Assembly: GCA_963797175.1 (NCBI GenBank)
Contig: CAWCOL010000011.1
Span: forward strand, 95,853-159,852
Length of the DNA stretch: 64,000 nt
Origin: an uncultured Actinomycetes bacterium
Lineage (GTDB): Bacteria > Actinomycetota > Thermoleophilia > Gaiellales > JAICJC01
Reading direction: 5' to 3'
Part shown: positions 28,768-37,576 of the stretch, in pieces
Position numbering within the stretch: position 1 is the first letter of the stretch
Layout of the letters: every line of letters starts with the position of its first letter
The notes under the pieces: model-generated
Told to the model about the DNA's origin: nothing
Seen by the model: only the letters and a program-made list of their open reading frames with translations
The model's database searches: none
Translations under genes and position numbers: made by a program

Positions 28768-29737
28768 GACACCAGCACGCGCACACATCATCCTGGCCCT
28801 GATCGTCGTTGCCTGGGGCGGCGCGTTCGCCGCGATCAAGCACCTGCTCGGCGCCGGCATGACCGGGCCCGAAGTCGCCCTGGCCCGCTACCTGGTGGCC
28901 GCCCCCGGGTTCGCGATCGCGCTTTGGGCGACCGGCGGGCTGCCCGGCATCGGCCGGCGCGGGCTGCTGCGGATCGCCGTCTGCGGCCTGCTGGTGGTGA
29001 CGACGTACCACGTGGCGCTGAACGAGGGCGAGCGGTTCACCACGTCGGGCACGGGCGCGGTGATCATCGGCACGGCCCCGGGCATGACGCTCGGGCTCTC
29101 GCTGGCGCTGGGCCTGGAGCGGTTCTCGCCCGCCCGGCTGGCGGGGCTGGCGGTCGCATTCGCCGGCGTGCTGGTGGTCGTCCTGCTCGGCTCGGGCGAG
29201 CAGCTCTCGCCGTCCGGCGCAAAGGGGCCGCTGCTCGTGCTGATCGCGCCGCTCGCGTTCGCGCTCTACAACGTCATCGCCAAGCCGCTGCTCGAGCGCC
29301 ATGACCCGATCGCCGTCAGCGCCGCCGCGTCGCTGATCGGCACCGTCGGGCTGCTGCCGCTGCTCTCCGCCCACCCCGTCGCCACCGCCCGCGGGCTGGG
29401 CGCCGAGGAGTGGGTGCTGATCCTCTACCTGGGCCTGGCCTGCACGCTGGCCGCGTACATCGGGTGGACGCTGGCGCTGCGGCAGCTCGACCCCTCGCGC
29501 GCGGTCGCCTACCTGTACTGCGTTCCCGTGCTGGGCGTCGTCACCGGCGCGGTCGCGCTGGACGAGCCGGTCACCGGCTGGCTGGTGCTGGGCGCCGGGC
29601 TGGTCGTCGCCGGGGTCGCCGTCGCCCAGTTCGGCTCGCTGCGGCGGACGCGCCCGGAGCCGGTCGATACACTGTCGCACCATGGGCAAGGGGTACGCAG
29701 AGGGGCCGGCGGCCGAGGAGGCCGAGGCCGCGCGTGA
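28766..29737 (+). CDS. EamA/DMT-family transporter
   Basis: MTPARAHIILALIVVAWGGAFAAIK, about 10 TM helices, and two EamA-like halves. Confidence 0.8.
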   Translation: MTPARAHIILALIVVAWGGAFAAIKHLLGAGMTGPEVALARYLVAAPGFAIALWATGGLPGIGRRGLLRIAVCGLLVVTTYHVALNEGERFTTSGTGAVIIGTAPGMTLGLSLALGLERFSPARLAGLAVAFAGVLVVVLLGSGEQLSPSGAKGPLLVLIAPLAFALYNVIAKPLLERHDPIAVSAAASLIGTVGLLPLLSAHPVATARGLGAEEWVLILYLGLACTLAAYIGWTLALRQLDPSRAVAYLYCVPVLGVVTGAVALDEPVTGWLVLGAGLVVAGVAVAQFGSLRRTRPEPVDTLSHHGQGVRRGAGGRGGRGRA

Positions 29738-29902
29738 GCGCGGCGACCACCTCGCGACCGGGCCCAAGCACGAGCCTCGCGCGGCCGTGTGGGGCGCGAC
29801 CGCGGACGAGCCTTCGCAGCACTTCCTGGGCTGGGCCGACGAGGTCGATCCGGACGAGCTGTTCGCGTCCGGCGCGGCGTGGGGGATCAAGGTCGTGCAG
29901 CA

Positions 29903-29906
<4 letters not shown>
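29682..29906 (+). CDS. Small acidic hypothetical protein (74 aa)
   Basis: ORF with strong GC3 bias and protein-like composition (W, F, K, D, E). Its TGA overlaps the ilvD GTG (GTGA). Confidence 0.5.
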
Positions 29907-31596
<1,690 letters not shown>

Positions 31597-31600
<4 letters not shown>

Positions 31601-32088
31601 GGGTGCTCGTCCTCGCCGACACGCACGTGCCCGACCACGCACGCGCGCTGCCGGCGTCGCTCGCGCCGCACCTGGAGTGGGCCGAGCTGATCCTGCACGC
31701 GGGCGACGCGACCTCCGCCGACGTGTTGGTCGAGCTGTCGGCGTCCGCCCCGGTGCGGGCGGTCGTGGGCAACATGGACGGCTGGGACGTGCCGGGGTGG
31801 GGCGCCGCCGAGCAGCTCGAGCTTGAGCTCGAGGGCGTCCGGGTGGCGATGCTGCACGACTCCGGCGCCCGCCACGGACGCGAAGCACGGCTCCGTCGCC
31901 GGTTCCCCGATGCCGGCGTGATCGTCTTCGCCCACTCCCACCAGCCGGTCAACGAGGTTGCGGACGGCGTGCGGTTCCTCAACCCCGGCAGCCCAACCTG
32001 GAAGCGGCGGGCGCCCGAGCCGACGGTCGCCCGGCTGACGCTGGCCGGAGGCCGCGCGGAGGCCGAGCTCGTGCCGCTCGCGGGCTGA
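31597..32088 (+). CDS. YfcE/MJ0936-family metallophosphoesterase
   Basis: Contains [21 protein letters not shown] and AHSHQP. The ATG overlaps the ilvD TGA. Confidence 0.85.
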
Positions 32089-32378
32089 CCGGTGCCGGGC
32101 ACCGACCCCGGCACCGAGTCTGGCTCCGACTGCGGTACCTAGCCCGGCACCGACTCCGGCACGAACTCTGGCTCGGTGCCAGAGTCGGTGCCGGAGGACT
32201 TCCAATGCGTGGTGAGGAACGGCGGGTGCCGTGACACGTCGTCGCGGATCTGGCACGAACGACGGCCTGGTTGAGCCGAACCGTCGAACGTGACGGCCGG
32301 CGTGACGGTGGCCCGAAATGTCACAGAGGTGCCGGGTTCCGTGCCGGAGTCGGTACCGAGAGTCCGTGCCGGAGTAGT
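32089..32378. repeat. REP-like arrays flanking a roughly 130-bp core; transposase-less counterpart of 6649-7470
   Basis: 32089-32195 has six forward plus two inverted 12-nt units. 32328-32378 has about four inverted units. 32173-32202 matches the reverse complement of 7391-7420 at 29 of 30 positions. Confidence 0.8.
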
Positions 32379-32399
32379 CAGGTCGGCGCGGCCCGCCGC

Positions 32400-33893
32400 T
32401 CAGCCGGACTCGGTGACGGGCTCGAGGTCGGCCAGGTCGTTCTCGCGCGCGACCTGGAGGTCGCCGTGGCGGGCATGGCCGCCGGACGAGCCGCCGCCCA
32501 GCCGCAGCGCCGGCGGCCGGGCCACGACGAGCGTGGCCGCCGGTGCGGCGACGTGCGCGATGCCGGGCAGCGCGGCCGGGCCGGCCGGAGCCGGGACGAC
32601 CGGGCCGCCCAGGGTGGTGGCGGGATGGGCGCCGACCGCCGGCACCGTGATGCGCAGGTCGTGCGCCGCCTGCCAGGCCAGCAGGTAGCGGTACGGGTCG
32701 ATCACGCCGTCGTACCCCTGCCAGAGCAGCCCTTTCGGGTGCAGCTCGAAGTGCAGGTGGCAGGGGGTGCCCTCGGCGTCGCCGGTGTTGCCCATGAACC
32801 CGAGCACCGTGCCCGCCTTGACATGGTGGCCGCTGACCGCGGCCGGGGCGTAGTCGCGCAGGTGCGCGTAGTAGAACTCGTTGCCGTCGGCGTCGCGCAG
32901 CCACAGCCGGTTGCCGCCCAGCGTGTTCCACCCGACCATGTAGACCATCGAGTCGGTCACCGCCACCAGCGGCGCGCCGCAGCGCGAGAAGATGTCCACG
33001 CCGTGGTGCCAGATCGTGTCGGCGCGGGGCGCGCCGAAGCTGTCGGTGAAGTCGGCGGGCGCGGCCACCGGGAACACGTACCGGCCGGGGGACAGGTGGA
33101 CGTGCACGCGCGGCGCGGGCCGCACCGCGGCGTGGTGGTGCTTCGCCTGGCGTGAGCCGTGGTGCACGACCGGGTGCGCCGGGCGCGTGCCGCCGCCGTG
33201 CGTCCCGCCGCCCTGGTCGCCACCCTGCGGGTGGATTCCGCCCGACCCGTGGTGCGTGCCCTGCCCGCCCGGAAGCGTTCCACCGCCGTGGCCGGGGTCA
33301 GGCGGCGGCGCCGCCTCGGCGCGCCCGACGAGGATCACCGAGCCGGCCGGGAGCCCGCCGTGCGGGCGCATCACGTCGATGCGAAGCGCCGTCGCGGTCG
33401 CGCCGCGGCCGTCCGCGGCGGCGGCGGAGCCGAGCACGGTTGCGCGTCCCCACGTGCTCAGCTGGAAGGTCGCTCCCGGCGTGGCGTCGGTGGCCGTCCC
33501 GTACAGCGCGAGGCCGTCCAGCGTCACCTGCGGCGCGCCGGTGTCGTCCAGCCGCGCCGTCGCGGCGTCCGCCGTCACGCGGCCGTGGAAGAGCGAGACG
33601 TGGGTGGCCGAGGCGGAGCCGTCGCCCAGCGCCGTGCCGCCCAGCTGCACGATCTCGCCGGCGGGCCCGTAGATCCAGCCCGGATGGTCGGGATCGGGAG
33701 CGGGGGCGTCCACCACCTTCGCCGGCCCGTCCGGCTGCGGGATGATCACTCGCGCGATCAGCGGCGCCGGCGCCGGAGCGTCCGCCGCGTGCGCCGGCGC
33801 AACCGCCAGCAGCCCGATCGCAAGCCCCGCGATCAGGCGCGCACAGGCGCCACCGTTGGGACGGCAGCGCGGGATGTCAGCCCGTGCCCCCAC
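32400..33893 (-). CDS. Secreted M23-family metallopeptidase
   Basis: Signal-like N-terminus LIAGLAIGLLAVAPAHA. The M23 motifs HHGVDIF and GNTGDAEGTPCHLHFELH are present. Confidence 0.85.
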   Translation of the reverse strand: MGARADIPRCRPNGGACARLIAGLAIGLLAVAPAHAADAPAPAPLIARVIIPQPDGPAKVVDAPAPDPDHPGWIYGPAGEIVQLGGTALGDGSASATHVSLFHGRVTADAATARLDDTGAPQVTLDGLALYGTATDATPGATFQLSTWGRATVLGSAAAADGRGATATALRIDVMRPHGGLPAGSVILVGRAEAAPPPDPGHGGGTLPGGQGTHHGSGGIHPQGGDQGGGTHGGGTRPAHPVVHHGSRQAKHHHAAVRPAPRVHVHLSPGRYVFPVAAPADFTDSFGAPRADTIWHHGVDIFSRCGAPLVAVTDSMVYMVGWNTLGGNRLWLRDADGNEFYYAHLRDYAPAAVSGHHVKAGTVLGFMGNTGDAEGTPCHLHFELHPKGLLWQGYDGVIDPYRYLLAWQAAHDLRITVPAVGAHPATTLGGPVVPAPAGPAALPGIAHVAAPAATLVVARPPALRLGGGSSGGHARHGDLQVARENDLADLEPVTESG

Positions 33894-33933
33894 CGGAATC
33901 TGCCAACCAGGGTACCCCAGGTGACGGATTCCG

Positions 33934-34815
33934 TCACTTCGTGGGCGCGACGCGCTCGCGGGCCGAGCCCGCCAATCCCTGCAGCAGACGGCGTTTCCAG
34001 GCCGTCATCTCGAGGCCGGGGAGTCCCGCCAGCGGGTCGTCCGGATCGAGCACGCGGGGCAGGTTGCTGACCCCGATCGCGGCCATCCGCACCCTGTCAC
34101 CGGTGCGGGCGGCGGCGACGCCGACCAGCGCGAACGTCCAGGCCGCGCGCTCGCCGGCACGCTCGTAGGCGCTCGCGTCCGGGATCGCCGGCACGACCAC
34201 CTGCGTCAGGTACTCGCCGGAGGGCAGGTCGACGGTCTCGCGGCGGTCGTCGGTCGCCTTGCGGTAGAGGTCGGCCAGCGGGAAGGCCTCGCGCAGGTTG
34301 GTGGCGACGCGGGCGTCCAGCGCGAGCAGCGCGGCCGCCAGATCGCTGGGGGCGACCGAGATGCAGTCCCCCGGCTCCAGACCGTGCTTGCGGTGGTCGC
34401 CGATCTGCGCGTAGCAGGTGTCCCCGCCGCGCAGCCAGCAGGTCAGGTCGGGGTGCCGGTAGTACCAACAGCGCACCGCCTGGCAGAGGTTGCCGCCCAC
34501 GGTGCCCATCTCGCGCAGCTGCGGCGAGGCGACCTGCGAGGCCGCCTCGGACAGCACCGTCAGGTGCTCGGCGATCGCGGGGTGCCGCGCGACATCGGCG
34601 ACGGTCGTGGTGGCACCGATCCGAAACGCCTCGCCGTCGCGCTCGATGCCGTCCAGCCCCAGCCCGCGCAGGTCGACGACCGTTCCGGCCGGGCGGATGC
34701 CACGCTCGAGCTGCGGCAGCAGGTCGGTGCCGCCACCCATCGCGCGGGCGTCGCCGGCCAGCGCCTCGGCGGCGCGCTCCGCGCCGTCCGGCCTCAGGTA
34801 GGCGAAGGTCTTCAT
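33934..34815 (-). CDS. Molybdo-hydroxylase FAD-binding medium subunit (CoxM/XdhB-like)
   Basis: MKTFAYLRP...AMGGGTDLLPQL...GTVGGNL. The ATG at 34815 overlaps the large-subunit TGA. Confidence 0.85.
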   Translation of the reverse strand: MKTFAYLRPDGAERAAEALAGDARAMGGGTDLLPQLERGIRPAGTVVDLRGLGLDGIERDGEAFRIGATTTVADVARHPAIAEHLTVLSEAASQVASPQLREMGTVGGNLCQAVRCWYYRHPDLTCWLRGGDTCYAQIGDHRKHGLEPGDCISVAPSDLAAALLALDARVATNLREAFPLADLYRKATDDRRETVDLPSGEYLTQVVVPAIPDASAYERAGERAAWTFALVGVAAARTGDRVRMAAIGVSNLPRVLDPDDPLAGLPGLEMTAWKRRLLQGLAGSARERVAPTK

Positions 34816-37058
34816 GCCTCCAGCGCCTCCAGCACGCGGCGCGGCGTGATCGGCGCCTCGCGGATGCGCATGCCCAGGGCGTGCGAGACGGCGTTGCCGA
34901 TCGCGCCGGCGGTGGGCACGATCGGCGGCTCGCCCAGGCCCTTGATGCCCATTGCCAGGCGCGGGTCGGGGCTGTCCACGAACTCGCAGACGATCTCCGG
35001 CAGGTCGGCGATGGTCGGCACCTTGTAGTCCTCCAGGTTCGCGTTGACGACGGTGCCGGTGGTCGGGTCGACCACGCGCTCCTCCATCAGGGCAAACCCG
35101 ATGCCCTGGAGGATCCCGCCGATCGCCTGGCTGCGAGCGCCCATCGGGTTGACGACCCGGCCGATGTCGTGCACCGCGGTGACCCGCTCGACCGTGACCC
35201 GGCCGGTCAGCGTGTCCACGGCGACCTGTGCGATCTGGCAGCCGAACGTGTTGACGCTGACGTCGCTCGGGTTCGGCCCGCGCGAGCCCCGCCCGGTCAC
35301 CCAGGCGCTGCCCAGCTTGCCGGTGACCTCGGTCAGCGGCTCGTGCAGCGTGCCGTCCACGGAGCGCACCTCGCCGCCCTCCAGCACGAGGTCCTCGGCG
35401 GCGATCTCGAACATCTCCGCCGCCAGGTCGAGCAGCTGGCTGCGGACGTGGTGGGCCGCGCCCCGCACGGCGGGGGCGATCGAGGCCAGCGTCATCGAGC
35501 CGCCCGAGAACGGCCCGTGGCCGGCCAGGGAGGTGTCGCCGGCCTGCACCGTGACGCTGTCCACCTCCAGCCCCAGCCGCTCGGCGGCGACCATGGCGCA
35601 GGCGGTGATCGTGCCCGTGCCCAGGTCCTGCATGCCGACCGAGACGACCGGCCGCGCGGAGCGGCCGATCCGCACCTCGGCGTAGGCGGGCGGACCACCG
35701 CCGCCCCACCAGATCTGGCTGGCCAGGCCCATCCCGCGGCGGATCCGGCCCTCGCCGCGAAGCCCGGCGCGGCCGTTCCAGCCGGACAGCTCGGCGGCGC
35801 GGTCGTAGCAGTCGAGCAGCCGCTTGGAGCTGTACGGCCGGTCGCCGCCCTGGTCGGCCTCGGCGTGGTTGCGGCGGCGCAGCTCGAGCGGGTCCATCCC
35901 CAGCGCCTCCGCCAGCTCGTCCAGCAGGCCCTCCAGCATGAAGGTGCCCTCCATCACGCCCGGCGCCCGGAACGCCGCCGACGGGCCCAGGTGCTGCTTC
36001 GCCGGCATCACGATGCCGTGGACGTTGGGGCACTGGTACACGTTCTTGAACGGCTCCAGGATCGGGAACGTCCAGCCCTCGCTGCCCATCCCCATCACGA
36101 CCGACGCCTCCAGCGCCTGGAGCCGGCCCTCGGGGTCGGCGCCGGCGCGCAGCTCGCCCCGGGCGGGGGTGCGGAACCCGGCGGCCAGGTTCTCGTCGCG
36201 GCGGGAGAAGACCAGCCGCACGGCGTGGCCGCTGCGGCGCGCCAGGTCGGCGGCGAGGATGCCCTCCGGGCCGCAGCCCACCTTCGAGCCGAATCCGCCG
36301 CCCATGTACTCGCAGATCACTCGGATCCGCTCCTCATCGGTATCGAACGAGCGGGCCAGCTGCGAGCGGGCCTCATAGATCCCCTGCGTCGAGCTCCAGA
36401 CGGTGAGGTCGTCGCCGCTCCACTCGGCCACCGCGCAGTGCGGCTCCATCGAGTTGTGCAGCTGGGCCGCCACGGCGTACTCGGCCTCGACCACGACGAC
36501 GTCGGCGGCCGCCAACGCCGCGTCGGCGTCGCCACGCTCGTACTCGGTGGGGTCCTCGACGAGCTGCTGCGCGTCCAGCGCCTGGTCCATGTCCACCAGG
36601 AACGGCAGCTGCTCGTAGACGGGCGCCAGCGCCTCCAGGCCGAGCGCTGCCGCGCGCGGCGAGTCGGCGGCCAGCGCGGCGATCGCGGCGCCGGCATAGC
36701 CCGGCTCGGCGGTGAGCACGGCGGCGCCCTCGAACTGCGGCGCCTCGTCGGGGCCGACGACGACGCGGACGCCGTCCACGGCGCGCGCGGCGTCCAGGTC
36801 GATCGATGTCACACGGGCGTGGGCGTGGGGGCTGCGCAGCACCAGCGCCTGGAGGGTGCCGGGCGGCGCGATGTCGGACGTGTAGCGGGCGCTGCCGGAG
36901 AGGCGGGCGGCGGCCGTGAGCCGGGTGGCGGGATGCCCGACGACGGCGGGCGGGTGCTCGGGGTCGTACTCGGGGGTGTCGTCGTCCTCGACCAGCGTCC
37001 AGCGCTGCTCGACGCGGCCTTCGACCACCGCCTCGGTGCGCACCAGCCGCGGCGTCAC
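34812..37058 (-). CDS. Xanthine dehydrogenase-family molybdopterin-binding large subunit
   Basis: A GTG at 37058 overlaps the small-subunit TGA. Contains GGGFGSK and AAFRAPG. No AYxCSFR CO-dehydrogenase signature was seen. Confidence 0.85.
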   Translation of the reverse strand: MTPRLVRTEAVVEGRVEQRWTLVEDDDTPEYDPEHPPAVVGHPATRLTAAARLSGSARYTSDIAPPGTLQALVLRSPHAHARVTSIDLDAARAVDGVRVVVGPDEAPQFEGAAVLTAEPGYAGAAIAALAADSPRAAALGLEALAPVYEQLPFLVDMDQALDAQQLVEDPTEYERGDADAALAAADVVVVEAEYAVAAQLHNSMEPHCAVAEWSGDDLTVWSSTQGIYEARSQLARSFDTDEERIRVICEYMGGGFGSKVGCGPEGILAADLARRSGHAVRLVFSRRDENLAAGFRTPARGELRAGADPEGRLQALEASVVMGMGSEGWTFPILEPFKNVYQCPNVHGIVMPAKQHLGPSAAFRAPGVMEGTFMLEGLLDELAEALGMDPLELRRRNHAEADQGGDRPYSSKRLLDCYDRAAELSGWNGRAGLRGEGRIRRGMGLASQIWWGGGGPPAYAEVRIGRSARPVVSVGMQDLGTGTITACAMVAAERLGLEVDSVTVQAGDTSLAGHGPFSGGSMTLASIAPAVRGAAHHVRSQLLDLAAEMFEIAAEDLVLEGGEVRSVDGTLHEPLTEVTGKLGSAWVTGRGSRGPNPSDVSVNTFGCQIAQVAVDTLTGRVTVERVTAVHDIGRVVNPMGARSQAIGGILQGIGFALMEERVVDPTTGTVVNANLEDYKVPTIADLPEIVCEFVDSPDPRLAMGIKGLGEPPIVPTAGAIGNAVSHALGMRIREAPITPRRVLEALEA

Positions 37059-37510
37059 GCCGCGCCTCCGGCCGCGCGCGCGACGGCGCGGCCGATGCCC
37101 TCGTAGGCACCGCAGCGGCACAGGTTGCCGCTCATCGCCTGGACGATCGCCTCGCGGGACGGGGCGGGGTCGCGCTCCAGCAGCGCGAGCGCCGACATCA
37201 GCTGGCCGGGCGTGCAGAAGCCGCACTGGAAGCCATCCTCGGCGACGAATGCCGCCCGCAGGCGGTCGAGCAGGTCGCCGCCGCCCTCGACCGTCCGCAC
37301 CTGCGCTCCGTCGCAGGCGGCGACTAGCGTCAAGCATGACAACACCGGGCGGTCGCCGACCAGGACGGTGCACGAGCCGCACGTGCCCTCGCCGCAGGCG
37401 GTCTTCGTGCCGGTCAGGCCGAGGTGCTCGCGCAGCAGTTCCACGAGCGTGCAGCCGTCCTCCGCATCGACCGTGTGCGCAGCGCCGTTCACCTGCAGCC
37501 GGACCTCCAT
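37055..37510 (-). CDS. (2Fe-2S)-binding small subunit (CoxS/XdhC-type)
   Basis: CGEGTCGSCTV and GFQCGFCTPG...CRCG are the two [2Fe-2S] motifs. Confidence 0.9.
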   Translation of the reverse strand: MEVRLQVNGAAHTVDAEDGCTLVELLREHLGLTGTKTACGEGTCGSCTVLVGDRPVLSCLTLVAACDGAQVRTVEGGGDLLDRLRAAFVAEDGFQCGFCTPGQLMSALALLERDPAPSREAIVQAMSGNLCRCGAYEGIGRAVARAAGGAA

Positions 37511-37576
37511 CGCGCGGCAACCTAGCACGGGAGGAACCGAGGCACGAATGCGCGCGGCTGGGCTAGCTTTCGCTGT

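Noticed and set aside
29738-29902. Possible riboswitch or leader upstream of ilvD.
   Set aside because: The interval is fully occupied by a GC3-biased 74-codon ORF that is coupled to ilvD, which leaves no obvious structured non-coding leader.
32139-32324. 61-aa ORF inside the second repeat locus.
   Set aside because: It spans the repeat units and the core and has poor coding character. It is probably a chance ORF in a non-coding element.
34812-37058. Calling the S/L/M genes a carbon-monoxide dehydrogenase (coxSLM).
   Set aside because: The active-site loop reads AAFRAPG, not the form I AYxCSFR signature. Only the generic xanthine-dehydrogenase-family assignment is supportable from sequence alone.
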